A DNA stretch of 63,772 bases, counting the filler, from Chiloscyllium plagiosum (Eukaryota): NCBI RefSeq assembly GCF_004010195.1. It is 4 parts of 2 records of this genome, joined end to end, with 100 filler letters (N's around TTAATTAATTAA, not from the genome) between each part and the next. Parts side by side here need not be neighbours in the genome. Positions count along the whole stretch, not along the records: positions 1 to 27,868 come from NC_057711.1; positions 27,969 to 52,363 come from NC_057711.1; 2 more parts are not named here. One strand, 5' to 3'. The position numbers and the translations under genes are program-made. Shown here piece after piece: positions 25,248-37,122 of this stretch; positions within the stretch are counted from its first letter, which is position 1, and each line of letters opens with the position of its first letter. The notes under the pieces were generated by a model, which did no database searches, was not told where the DNA came from, and worked only from the letters and a program-made list of their open reading frames with translations.

Positions 25248-26590
25248 AGGACCTAATCAGGTACCCGAGAACTCTGTGGGAAGCTAGAGAAGTGATTGCT
25301 GGGCCTCTTGCTGAGATATTTGTATCATCGATAGTCACAGGTGAGGTGCTGGAAGACTGGAGGTTGGCAAACGCGGTGCCACTGTTTAAGAAGGGCGGTA
25401 AAGGCAAGCCAGGGAACTATAAATCAGTGAGCCTGACCTCGGTGGTGGGCAAGTTGTTGGAGGGAATCCTGAGGGACAGGATGTACATGTATTTGGAAAG
25501 GCAAGGACTGATTAGGGATAGTCAACATGGTTATGTGTGTAGGAAATCATGTCTCACAAACTTGATTGAATGTTTTGAAGAAGTAACAAAGAAGATTGAT
25601 GAGGGCAGAGCAGTAGATGTGATCTATATGGACTTCAGTAAGGCGTTCGACAAGGCTCCCCATGGAAGACTGATTAGCAAGCTTANNNNNNNNNNNNNNN
25701 NNNNNNNNNNNNNNNNNNNNNNNNNNNNNNNNNNNNNNNNNNNNNNNNNNNNNNNNNNNNNNNNNNNNNNNNNNNNNNNNNNNNNNNNNNNNNNNNNNNN
25801 NNNNNNNNNNNNNNNNNNNNNNNNNNNNNNNNNNNNNNNNNNNNNNNNNNNNNNNNNNNNNNNNNNNNNNNNNNNNNNNNNNNNNNNNNNNNNNNNNNNN
25901 NNNNNNNNNNNNNNNNNNNNNNNNNNNNNNNNNNNNNNNNNNNNNNNNNNNNNNNNNNNNNNNNNNNNNNNNNNNNNNNNNNNNNNNNNNNNNNNNNNNN
26001 NNNNNNNNNNNNNNNNNNNNNNNNNNNNNNNNNNNNNNNNNNNNNNNNNNNNNNNNNNNNNNNNNNNNNNNNNNNNNNNNNNNNNNNNNNNNNNNNNNNN
26101 NNNNNNNNNNNNNNNNNNNNNNNNNNNNNNNNNNNNNNNNNNNNNNNNNNNNNNNNNNNNNNNNNNNNNNNNNNNNNNNNNNNNNNNNNNNNNNNNNNNN
26201 NNNNNNNNNNNNNNNNNNNNNNNNNNNNNNNNNNNNNNNNNNNNNNNNNNNNNNNNNNNNNNNNNNNNNNNNNNNNNNNNNNNNNNNNNNNNNNNNNNNN
26301 NNNNNNNNNNNNNNNNNNNNNNNNNNNNNNNNNNNNNNNNNNNNNNNNNNNNNNCACGCAGAGGGTGGTACGTATATGGAATGAGCTGCCAGAGGATGTG
26401 GTGAAGGCTGGTACAATTGCAACATTTAAGAGGCATTTGGATGGATATATGAATAGGAAGGGTTTGGAGGGTTATGGGCCGGGTGCTGGCAGGTGGGACT
26501 AGATTGGGTTGGGATATCTGGTCGTCATAGACAGGTTGGACCGAAGGGTCTGTTTCATGCTGTACATCTCTATGACTCTATGATTCTATA
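25248..26590 (+). mobile_element. CR1 RT to 3' end, spanning an N gap (25686-26354)
   Basis: PEDWRL-type segment, PGNYKSVSLTS, YMDFSKAFDKAPH before the gap; 3' UTR and ctatgactctatga after it. Confidence 0.9.
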
Positions 26591-27381
26591 ATCCTGGCCT
26601 CACAAACAAACAATTTGTTGGGTTTTTTTGTATTTTAACATGAGCTGCTGCTCTCAATCCAAAGGTCATCTTCAGCACTCAGTTCCCAGTCCACAGCTCG
26701 AAAGCAAAATTGACAAGAAAATACACGGAACATAATAAAAAATCTGTGGAGTTTCAAATAGGCTGAAAAGTCAATGAATATGATGTGTTTGGTAAGATCT
26801 GGTAAGAATACTTGCTTAGCCTCATTGTGAAAATCACTCCACCAAATTCAATGGGACTTGCATGTTGTCAAAAATCCATAAGATTTAGCCCTGTGTTTCA
26901 TTCCCATTTACTCTTAGTCTTGTGAACACAATATACTTTCATATCTTAGCAGAATATACAACTGCAATAACCAGATAAATATTAGTGACAAGCTTCCTAA
27001 ATCAGCAGACCTAAATGATAAGTAAAATGGATTTGAAGCTAATTACACTTTTATTGTATGGCTTTTGATCAAAGCCCATTTCCAGCTGACAATAGACCCA
27101 TTATCTGCAATCTCTGAATGCATTGTTGGGGATTTAATGAACCATGTTTGCTCAGAATTTTAAAGAAAGTCATATCAGATTATCCGTTAACATTCATTTC
27201 ATCCAATGCTTTCATAAGATACATTGTGAATATTTGTCTGGTGGAAGCTAGTTAGAAACCAGATGTGTGACAATAGCTGAATTCTTTCCGACAGGAATTT
27301 GTGATTTCAAAGTTAACACCATGCATTTTAACAACAAGACGACAGTAATGCAGCACTGCATTGGAATATGCATTTAGCAGA

Positions 27382-27868
27382 CCCTGGAACAGCACGGGCA
27401 GAGGGTCCCTGAACAGCACGGGCAGAGGGTCCCTGAACAACACGGGCAGAGGGTCCCTGAACAACACGGGCAGAGGGTCCCTGAACAGCACGGGCAGGGG
27501 GTCCCTGAACAACACGGGCAGAGGGTCCCTGAACAGCACGGTCAGAGGGTCCCTGAACAGCACGGTCAGAGGGTCCCTGAATAGCACGGTCAGAGGGTCC
27601 CTGAACAGCACGGGCAGGGGGTCCCTGAACAACACGGGCAGAGGGTCCCTGAACAGCACGGGCAGGGGGTCCCTGAACAACACGGGCAGAGGGTCCCTGA
27701 ACAGCACGGGCAGGGGGTCCCTGAACAACACGGGCAGAGGGTCCCTGAACAGCACGGGCAGGGGGTCCCTGAACAACACGGGCAGAGGGTCCCTGAACAG
27801 CACGGGCAGGGGGTCCCTGAACAACACGGGCAGAGGGTCCCTGAACAGCACGGGCAGGGGGTCCCTGA
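27382..27868. repeat. 24-bp minisatellite (aacagcacgggcagagggtccctg), ~20 copies, truncated by spacer
   Basis: Direct tandem array; read-through gives (NSTGRGSL)n and (VLFRDPLP)n. Confidence 0.97.
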
Positions 27869-27968
27869 NNNNNNNNNNNNNNNNNNNNNNNNNNNNNNNN
27901 NNNNNNNNNNNNTTAATTAATTAANNNNNNNNNNNNNNNNNNNNNNNNNNNNNNNNNNNNNNNNNNNN
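27869..27968. other. Artificial assembly spacer N44-TTAATTAATTAA-N44
   Basis: Exactly 100 bp; identical structure at 52364-52463 and 61197-61296. Confidence 0.95.
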
Positions 27969-28179
27969 TGGAGTGGAGTGAGCTGGAGGGGTGGAATGGG
28001 TCTGAGGTGGAGTTGAGTGTGTTGGAGGGGTGGAATGGGTCAGAGTCAGAGTGGAGTGAGCTGACGTCCTGGAGCCGAACAGGGAGAGTTGTTGGTCTGG
28101 ATTGATTGGGGTCAGTGCAGGTGGTCAGCGGGTTTGCAAAGCCAGTCAGAATCCCCTGTGCTGAGTTACTGCAATGCCA

Positions 28180-28425
28180 TGTTTATCTGGAATCTGTTTA
28201 TCTGACTGTAATGTTTATCCTTTTGACTATGTCTTATTTCTAACTAATACCATGAATCGCTGTAAGGTAATGCAACTTATTTTCTTTTTTAGTCCTCTTT
28301 CTGTATCTAAGATCTGTACCGAGGTACTTTATACTTAAGATGGTGCCATGAGTAAACTTGTAAACTTTTTCCTGTACTCCTGTACCTGAGTCCATGCGAC
28401 AAGACGACCTAATTCTAATTCCAAT
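28180..28425 (+). mobile_element. 3' end of a non-LTR element with a Rex1/Babar-like tail
   Basis: aaactttttcctgtactc...gagtccatgcgacaa...aattctaattc resembles the tail at ~33790-33835. Confidence 0.4.
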
Positions 28426-28879
28426 TCATGAATATCAAAGCCAATATATTTTCTCTTTTTCCCAATGCGTTCCTGTTTTTGTTTCTAAAGTGACTAAGCA
28501 AGCCATCACTGTATGTACAATGAGTATGAATAAATTCTGTAACCTGTAAGAACTATTCTTACACATATATCCTCCTGTCATTGCTGGTTATCCATGGTGT
28601 CTATAGACTGGTGCATTCGATCATTTTCCTGCTGTTTAATAATGATATTGTCCTTGAGGAGTGCTGGTGTACTGCAAAATTCTCAGCTATGAGGGTAAGT
28701 AGGAGGACTAAAAGGCAGGATGACAATGTCTGCTCAGGTGTGTGCATGTCTTCAGTGAAATTATTTTCTTTTATGCTCAAAACAAGTTCAAGTAAGAGTG
28801 AAATAACACAATTTAATGGTAGGCAGGATGTCAAGGAACCCACCAAGGCCATCCCCTGGACTCAACATCTGTGCAGACA

Positions 28880-29177
28880 AAAATAAAACAAAAAACTGTG
28901 GCTGCTGCAGCTCGGAAACAGAAAGTGCTGGAGAAATTCAGCAGGTCCACTAGCGTCGATGGGAAGAAAGCAGAACAAAGTGTTTCGAGTCCAGTGAACT
29001 CCTCATCTCAGTTTCTCCAGCCATTTCTGTTTTTGTTCATCAGCTTCAGGAAGAAGGGCTTATGCCCGAAATGTCGATTCTCCTGCTCCTTGGATGCTGC
29101 CTGACCTGCTGCGCTTTTCCAGCAACACATTTTTCAGCTCTGATCTCCAGCATCTGCAGTCCTCACTTTCTCCTAGT
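28880..29177. mobile_element. Two adjacent Penelope-derived terminal remnants
   Basis: tgctggagaaattcagcagg...ctcagtttctccagc fold-back, then gaagaagggcttatgcccgaaatgtcga...ccagcatctgcagtcctcac. Confidence 0.75.
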
Positions 29178-29294
29178 CATATTTAAAAGGCAACTTAGGA
29201 CCATCAGTGGGTTTAGTTCATCAGCAAATCACCACCCCACCACCAATGGAGGTGCCAGGGACACCCTCCCCATTCCCCCACTGGAAAGGGTAGC

Positions 29295-29460
29295 CAGTCT
29301 CACACCTCAGTAACACCATTCTCGAGGCTGTCCTGCAGACAGTCCATTGGAGAAGAGAGGCCATCTCAAGTCACCAAGATGGCATGGACTGTGATGACGT
29401 AAATTATCAGTGCCAGTGACAAACAGAGGCAAGACTGAATACAATGAATGCATGTTTTCT
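29295..29460 (+). pseudogene. Fossil Myb/SANT-like domain (PIF/Harbinger second-gene type)
   Basis: Manual translation SHLSNTILEAVLQTVHWRREAI / QVTKMAWTVMT*IISAS; frameshifted. Confidence 0.4.
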
Positions 29461-29668
29461 TGCACCCCACTAGAGTAATTGTTACTGTCCACTTAATAAC
29501 TCCCCCCTATGAGTACCAATGTACAGGACTCCCTCACATGTCTCATGTGTATTCAGTCTCTGTCAATTCATCGCACCTGCCCATATTGTACGACTTGCAA
29601 CAGAGTACTACCGCCTCTTTCCCATCTGCCAGGGTTCACACTTCGAACAGAACAGAAGCTACAACACA

Positions 29669-29873
29669 GCTGAAAATGTGTTGCTGGAAAAGCGCAGCAG
29701 GTCAGGCAGCATCCAGGGAACAGGAGAATCGACGTTTCGGGCATAAGCCCTTCTTCTTATGCCCGAAACGTCGATTCTCCTGTTTCCTGGATGCTGCTTG
29801 ACCTGCTGCGCTTTTCCAGCAACACATTTTCAGCTCTGATCTCCAGCATCTGCAGACCTCACTTTCTCCTCAA
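29669..29873 (+). mobile_element. Fold-back Penelope-derived mini-insertion
   Basis: ~80-bp near-perfect inverted arms (29668-29747, 29756-29835); 15-bp TSD agaagctacaacaca at 29654-29668 and 29874-29888. Confidence 0.92.
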
Positions 29874-30161
29874 AGAAGCTACAACACACACAGCCCCACC
29901 AGTTCTTATACATGACATAGGTTCTGATCCAATGGCTTGCATGGGGCAAGGGCCCCTCCAGTAACTGTGTCTTCTGATCAATATCAGACAATCACATCAT
30001 GTCATTGGAGGCAGTAATTTACGAATCAGCATAATTGTCTACCTGGGAAATTCCTGGTCATGGGTTCTGTGGGTACTTGTGCAGGTGATGAGCTCAATCC
30101 TAAGGCAGTATCTCCAACCAGACAGTTGGGCAGGTCTTTCGAAGAGGTGGACTTGGTCTTG

Positions 30162-30238
30162 GAGTCATAGAGATGTACAACACAGAAACAGACCCTTCAG
30201 TCCAACTCGTCCATGCTGATCGGATATCTGAAACTGAT
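30162..30238 (-). mobile_element. Short CR1 3' tail
   Basis: gagtcatagagatgtacaacacagaaacagacccttc is the rc of the CR1 3' end. Confidence 0.8.
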
Positions 30239-31339
30239 CAAGCATTCACCAAGATGCAGCCACTAGCTACCAGCCCCCATCTTGGAAATGTGTGTTGAGT
30301 TTCTCAGGGATGGAAGGAGAATTGGAAGTGGCGTAAATAATGAGGTAATTCAGGATTTCAATAAGATACAAGTGTTTGGAAAGAAGGTTGCTCACTGACA
30401 TTATAGATGTCACTATTTAAGACTTAAGGGAAATATTGTAAAAATCATTTTTGTTGCATTTTGCCCACCTGTCTCACCAATGCTCACACCACACCAGGAA
30501 GAGAAAACTTCAACCCACAGTAATACCATGTACATTTCTCTTAGTAACAATTGTTTAGCAGATATATAATTTCACATTTTAAATACATCAGAATTGCATT
30601 AATCAGCAAGTTGTGATGGAGCATAATCCTAGTACTTTTTTGAAGCAATCTCAGATCAGGAGTACCTCGCAGATAATTCCTGTCAACTGCAGGTTCAGAA
30701 AGGCTACTCTTAAAGATGCTAAATGTGTATAAAAGACTGATCCATCCCTCCCCAAAAGAAAGGAGCCAGACAAGAATTTTGCAATTCTCCAGAAGTCTTT
30801 TTAACAAGTATAAATCCGATATTATTATAGGTCGGGCTACTGCAGACCCACATAACCCAGCCACCCACCTTCACCCTTACTCTCACAGAAGTATAGAGTT
30901 GGGTTCTAGAGTTGCAATATAGAAGACTATGTGAGACCGTATAAATTCTAAAATATGTAAATGTATAGTGTAAGAAATAAACATGCAGTTCAACATCAGC
31001 TTGACAAACAATGACAACATTTAATAGATTCTGAGAAAAAGGAAAGGAAATACTGATTTTCAGTGGAGAATTCAGTTTTAAATTTCAATATTGTTGCAGT
31101 AAAATATTTTAAATAGATTGTTCATCATTTATTAAAGTCGTAGTGATTTTAATTCCCTGAGCGAAGGCTACAGAGCGAGTTAAATAATCTGTTTTAGTCA
31201 GGAACAGAATAGTTTTCACTGAGACCTAAGTGAATGAAGCATATTTTAAAAATGCAATATCTGTTTCAAATGTAATCATGGTTTCTGAGGCTGCATTATT
31301 AACTACTGTTGTATTGGGAAGGCTTGTTCTCCTTGTTTG

Positions 31340-31565
31340 TTCTTGGAATGTAGGCATTGATGCCTGTGCCCTTCCCGAATGCCTTTTGAACTGAGTTGGT
31401 TGTTCAGTCATTTCAGAGGGCAGTTAAGTGTCAGGTTTATTGCTGTGGGCCGAGTCACATGTAGGCCAGACCAGGTAAGGATAACAGATATACTTCCATA
31501 AAGGACATTAGTGAACCATACAGGTTTTACGGTAACTGACAATGATTTAATGGGCAACATTAATT
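31340..31565 (-). mobile_element. Short non-autonomous element joining the 5' segment and 3' tail of the second LINE family
   Basis: rc matches 15590-15745 and then resembles 21495-21560. Confidence 0.55.
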
Positions 31566-32914
31566 TCACTTTTCTTTCATCCTTTTATTATTGAAGGTGG
31601 AGTTTGATCACTGAATTTTGACTTAAAGGATTCAAAGGATATTTGTATAATTTTAAAATGATATGTAAGCTATTGGCCTCATTAATCCCAGGCAAGCCAT
31701 TTTTTACAAAAAATGAATGAGTCCTTTAAACGCATATTTATAGGGCAAGAGATATTTAACCTTAATAACCTTCAGTCTGCATATATATCTTTCTGCGGAT
31801 GCCTGTACAATATACAAAAGAAAAATGTGACAAATTAAGAAAATTCTAATTCGCCAATCTCCCTCAATTAATTTTTGATTCTTCTCCTATTCTTAGTTAG
31901 TTTATTGATTCATTCTGGTTCAGTTTCATAATAAATGAAATTTTACCATTTTCCTTTCGCATAGAATTTGCAGTCTAAGTCATTATCACAATTAATGCAA
32001 GTTAATTCATTAGACTTAGGGGTTGTTGACAGAAATATGAGAAATGTAAAGTTTTGGTTACATTATTCTGTCACAAAATAATGATCTCGACCTGCCAACA
32101 AGTTGTATTCAGAAGATGTGGCATGTGCAGCTCAGAACAGTAAGGAACATTCATGCAATCTTTTAATCTTAACCAGAAACCTTTTTTTCTGAAGTTAAAA
32201 CTTACACAAAAGGTCTTCAAATTTATGCATTGAAAATAACAGCCTTTCAACTGTAACTGTGCCTGAAAGGGCTCAGGAGCACGGGTTTTTTTTTAACACA
32301 TCAATCACTGAGGTAGCATGGAAGTGTTTCTAAAACACTTTCATGGCTTCAAAAGTCAAAATAAATTAATTCAGCACTTTTGACATCATTCCTCTAATTA
32401 CTGTCAAATGTGAGATATTTTAAGATCTCTGTCTTATTGACTACTTCCTTTAATATAGCTTTAACCATTCCCCGTTTTTTTTTCTTTTTATCAAATCTTA
32501 TGCTGTGGGACTCAAAGGATTTGGAATTAATGTTCTATCCCTAGCATTAGGCATGTTTCCTTCAAGACTTAACTCACAAGTCATGTTCAGTTATTACTTT
32601 CAACTCATCTCTCTGTTTAAAAGAACTGGTTTCACAAAAACATTTTCAGTGGTGAGCGTGCTGATACTGCTTCAAGCTGATATTTCAAGATAACAAATTA
32701 ATACATCTTCATACTCAGTAACTCATTGTGACAAATAGAAGAACTGAATTCATTATTTGTTCACTATGAAACATCTGTAGAGTGATGGAAAATTTCAGAC
32801 AGTTTAGTCACAGGGCTACTCATTTATATAAGGAGAAAGTTTCTGATTCCTGCACACTAATTCAACAGATGCTTTAATTGTGCTCATGCTGCTGACTGCT
32901 GGCTGGCTTGTAAT

Positions 32915-33042
32915 GTGCTGAAGCAGGGTTACACTCAAAACGTCGACTTCTCTACCTCCTGATACTGCCTGGCTTGCCGTATTCTTCCAGCCTCCTGCCT
33001 GTCTACTTTGGATTCCAGCATCTGCAGTTTTTTTTGTCTCTA
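32915..33042 (+). mobile_element. Penelope-derived terminal remnant
   Basis: ctgaagcagggttacactcaaaacgtcgac...ttccagcatctgcag. Confidence 0.65.
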
Positions 33043-33075
33043 GCATGTAATGTGAACAGCCTTCCTTTCTTCAAG

Positions 33076-33195
33076 GTAAAAACAATGACTGCAGATGCTG
33101 GAAACCAGATTCTGGATCAGTGGTGCTGGAAGAGCACAGCAATTCAGGCAGCATCCAAGGACAGGCAAAATCAACGTTTCGGGCCTGATCCAGAA
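33076..33195 (-). mobile_element. Penelope-derived mini-insertion with collapsed second arm
   Basis: 16-bp TSD ccttcctttcttcaag at 33060-33075 and 33196-33211. Confidence 0.85.
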
Positions 33196-33349
33196 CCTTC
33201 CTTTCTTCAAGTCAGCCTGTCTCTCATAAAAGGAAACTACACTGAATCGCAAGAAACTATTTCTCAATTCAATTGGTGCAATTCTAAACAATGAAATTGG
33301 AACGCTAGATAAAATAGAGAGCTTCAGGGCCATAGAGATGTTACTAAAG

Positions 33350-33835
33350 CATCACATACCAACAGATTTAAGAACAGTTTCTTTCCTGCTGTTACCAGAC
33401 CCTTGAATGGACCTGTTATACATTAAACATGATCTTTCTCTGCACCTTCTCTGTGACTGTAACACTATATTCTGCATCAAAAGCAGAAATTGCTGGAAAA
33501 GCTCAGCAGGTTTGGCAGCATCTGCAGAAAGAAATCAGAATTAACATTTCAGGTCCAGTAACCCTTCCTCAGAACCGTTCTGAGGAAGGGTCACCGAACC
33601 CAAAACGTTAACTTTGATTTATCTTCATAGATGTTGCCAGATCTGTTGAGCTTTTCTAGCAACTTTTGTTTTTGTTTCTGATTTACAGCATCCTGAGTTC
33701 TTTCAGATTTTATTTACGATATTCTGCATCTGTTCTATCACCCTGAAGTACTTATGTGAGGAATGATTTACCTGGTTAGCACACAAAATAATACTTTTCA
33801 CTGTATCTCAGTTCATGTGACAATAATAAATCAAT
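33350..33835 (+). mobile_element. Rex1/Babar-like LINE 3' end, interrupted
   Basis: SHTNRFKNSFFPAVTRPLN ORF end; 3' UTR ending cttttcactgtatctc...gtgacaataataaatcaa. Confidence 0.6.
33479..33715 (+). mobile_element. Fold-back Penelope-derived mini-insertion
   Basis: Palindrome centred ~33575; TSD actatattctgcatc (33464-33478) / acgatattctgcatc (33716-33730); CTGAGGA-A-GGGTC..AACCC-AAAACGTT at 33580-33609. Confidence 0.85.
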
Positions 33836-33871
33836 TGAAATGATATATGTGTAGGTTGAATAATGAGAGAT

Positions 33872-34039
33872 TCTGGATGAGCGGTGCTGGAAGAGCACAG
33901 CAGTTCAGGCAGCATCCGAGGAGCAATAAAATCGAAACGTCGATTTTACTGCTCCTCGGATGCTGCCTGAACTGCTGTGCTCTTCCAGCACCACTCATCC
34001 AGAATCTGGTTTCCAGCATCTGCAGTCACTGTTTTTACC
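33872..34039 (+). mobile_element. Fold-back Penelope-derived mini-insertion
   Basis: Near-perfect ~68-bp arms around aacg; 15-bp TSD tgaataatgagagat at 33857-33871 and 34040-34054. Confidence 0.92.
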
Positions 34040-34157
34040 TGAATAATGAGAGATCCCACACAGCTCCCCAGTGGATCATTAGAGGCAGTCAGTTGCACAA
34101 AATTTTTGCTTTACTCTTGCATGATGGTCACTGTGAAAGGAAAGCGACCCACCACTC

Positions 34158-34472
34158 AGGGTGACACCGCGGCTCAGTGGTTAGCACTGCTGCCTCACAG
34201 TGCCAGGGACCTGGGTTCAATTCCAGCCTCAGGAAACTATCTGCGTGGAGTGTGCACTTTCTCCCCATCTGTGTGGGTTTCCTCTGGGTGCTCCAGAGTT
34301 TCGTTAGTTAAATGGATTGGCCATGCTGTCTTGTCTGTTGGTGAGTTAGCCTTGGAAATGCAGAGATACAAGGATAAGTTGGGGCAGTGGATTTGGGTTG
34401 CATGGTCTTCGGAGGGTTGGTGTCGACTTGGTGGACCGAATGGCCATTTTCCACACTGTAGGGACTCTGTGA
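34158..34472 (+). mobile_element. HE1/V-SINE-type SINE (diverged)
   Basis: ggctcagtggttagcactgctgcctcacag, ggttcaattcc, V-domain, tail ccacactgtagggactctgtga. Confidence 0.85.
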
Positions 34473-34899
34473 TTACTCCAGCATGTGAAAATGTCCAGGG
34501 TCATCCTCACTGACTTGCAGCACTGTCGTTCATTCATGCTAGAAGCACTGATAGTGAGGTCTGTGCACTCTAGAACCTCTTCCACAGGATGTGAAGCTAT
34601 TCATGAGCTCCTCATGTGGAGGCTGTTCAGCAGTGGAGCTTCCTGCTTATGCTGGGTTCACTGAGGTTTTTATGCCTCCTCGCTTTCTCTCTGTGTTCAT
34701 TAAACAGTGGCCTTAGAAATGGCTTGATGTGACTGGATCCATTGGCCACAGTTCAAGAGGCCTCATATGGGGAGAATCAGGAATAAAACAACTCACTCGT
34801 AATGTAAGCAGTCAGTGACTGAAGCAGACATAAATGGGACTCTATCAGAGATCTTCGTATAATGGCACATGGAGGACTCTGACAGGGAGGGACCATGAG

Positions 34900-35525
34900 A
34901 CGTCTTCACACACCTCATCTATTGCATCTGTTGCACCTGATGTAGTCTCCTCTACACTGGGGACACAGGATGCCAACTTGCGGAATGTTTCAGAGAACAT
35001 CTCTGAGACACTCACTCTGGCCAACCTGACCCCCCATGGCTGAACACTTTAACTCCCCCTCCCACTCCACCAAGGACATGCAGGTCCTGGGCCTCCTCCA
35101 TCGCCAAACCTTTACCACCAGCCACCTGGAGGAAGGATGTCTCATTTTCTGCCTTGGGACCCTCCAACCACACAGTATCAATGTGGATTTTACGAGTTTC
35201 CCCATTTGCCCCTCCCCCCACCTTATCCCAGTCCCAACCCTCCAATTCGGCACCGCCCTCTTGAACAGTCCTACCTGTCCATCTTCCTTCCTAACTATCT
35301 GCTCACCCTCCTCTCCGTCCTATCACTTTCACCCCCAGCTCCATCCATCTATCACATTTGTAGCTACCTTTGCCCCAGCCTCACCCCATCCCATTTATCT
35401 CTCAGCCCCCTTGGCCTACAAGGCTCATTCCCAATGAAGGGCTTATGCCTGAAACGTCGATTCTCCTGCCTCTCAGATGCTGCCTGATCAGCTGTGCTTT
35501 TCCAGCACCACACTCTTTGACTCTG
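34900..35525 (+). mobile_element. Penelope-like 3' fragment (GIY-YIG end and terminus)
   Basis: AEHFNSPSHSTKDMQVLGL..LGTLQPHSINVDF; ccaatgaagggcttatgcctgaaacgtcga. Confidence 0.88.
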
Positions 35526-36903
35526 ACATATTAACTTTATTCAGATACATGCAGCAAAGCCATGGCTCGCCAATGCAGGAGGAGATTGTAAACACAGTCA
35601 AATTCCTGAAAATGTATCCCCACCACCCCCAACCCTCCCACATCATTCAAGAAATGCAGCATTCTGTATAAGAGCATATCCTGACATACTTACAGCTTAG
35701 TGTGAGAGGAAAGTTGCTTTGATGCTTTTGCAGTCTCTGAGATCTTTGAAATGCATTTGCATATTGTCCAGTGCAGGTAACATTTTTAAAAGGTTATCGA
35801 TAGTCACTTCTGTTTCGCAGAGATTACAAGTACAAAGTTGTTATGATCAATAACGTGGTCAGGATTGCTTCTGACCAAAACTTGTAACCTTGGTATGGGA
35901 TGCACATGCAGAATTCTGATTGCAAATATGTTTAACTTTTATAGTATGGGTGCCTGATTAATACAATTGCCAGTTGAAGAACTTTACATTGCCCATGGGT
36001 GAACCCCATCCCCATAGACAAAAGGCAAAAAACAAATTTACTCTGCCCACTCTGGGTGTGCTTGCTGTCATTGTTCATGTTTATTCTGCAACTGAGATTT
36101 GATTAAAGATGAAAGGTTTTCCAGCTTGTACATGGAGTGCACTGCAGGCTCTGCCTGTTATTCCAGGTAGCACTCCCCAGACTCATGTTCCATTCTTCAG
36201 AGCAGTTCTTATCAATCCCGCCAGCATTCAGCCTCCCCACACTCCCACCTGACTCTTTTATTTAACAACTAATGTCCCTAATTATCCCCCCCTCACTTTG
36301 ATCCCCAGATACTTTGCATAGCCATGCCTAGCATCATTGTCCACTGTCGCCCACTGACGAGCAACCAAGGAACCAATCAGACATCCTCACAGCACCTTCC
36401 CGATGGCCACATCACAATGGCCACTGTGTCTCAAAATCATCCGCGCACCAGAACAAAGCCCAAGCCTTCAGAACTCACCACTTGACCACACAGTTACTTC
36501 CAGCTCCAGACAAGTTGTAAAATCTTATGAGGGTTGAAGCTGGCCTGGGGAAGAAGAAGGAGCCATTTTACTTCACCTCCAGACAGGAATTTGATTCTAA
36601 TGCTGTAGGACCAGGGGTGGTGGGGGGGGGGTCCTGGGGCGTCTTTATAGTCTTCTCAGCAACTACCAGGAGGATCGCACACAACTCGAGAGCCATTCCA
36701 GAAGAAAGTAACATGTGACACAAATAGATGCTACATTTTACTTTCATATTTTAAAGCATTGTTTTACTGATTATTAAAGTATGTCCAAAAGCAAATGAGT
36801 TTTCAAGCTTTGAATCACCAGGAGATTGTAAGACGATGGTGGAATGTACAAAGTGCAAAAAATACCAGTTCTGAAATGATGGAAGTGCTGACTGATTATG
36901 CTA

Positions 36904-37106
36904 AAAATCACACACCACCAGGTTATAGTCCAACAGGTTTATTTGGAAGCACTTGCTTTTGGAGCGCTGCTCCTTCATCAGGTGGTTGTGGAGAAGGAGC
37001 AGCGTTCCGAAAGCTAGTGCTTCCAAATAAACCTGCTGGAATATAACCTGGTGTTGAGTGATTTTTAACTGTGTCCACCCCAGTCCAACACTGGCATCTC
37101 CAAATC
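36904..37106 (+). mobile_element. Fold-back mini-insertion of a different Penelope-derived family
   Basis: Arms aaaatcacacaccaccagg.../...cctggtgttgagtgattttt; TSD ctgactgattatgcta (36888-36903) / ctgactgataatgtta (37107-37122); hammerhead-like core with GAAAGCTA. Confidence 0.82.
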
Positions 37107-37122
37107 CTGACTGATAATGTTA

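Noticed and set aside
25292..26436. 220-370 aa ORFs
   Set aside because: Mostly N gap; the real part is CR1 RT. The same applies to 42990-43548
24573..26740. Possible additional reverse-oriented solo LTR hosting the CR1
   Set aside because: LTR-like texture only; no matching termini, TSD or second copy found
27252..27924. Repetitive-protein ORFs or a CRISPR-like array
   Set aside because: Contiguous 24-bp tandem units with no unique spacers and no cas genes; frames stay open only because the unit is a multiple of 3
27913..27924. TTAATTAATTAA as a biological motif or PacI site
   Set aside because: Centred in fixed-length N runs three times; synthetic linker
28581..28886. ORF with agg|gtaagt donor at ~28694
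   Set aside because: No convincing acceptor or recognisable peptide
33868..34007. Pre-miRNA genes at the long hairpins
   Set aside because: Explained by TSD-flanked repeat insertions; no expression evidence
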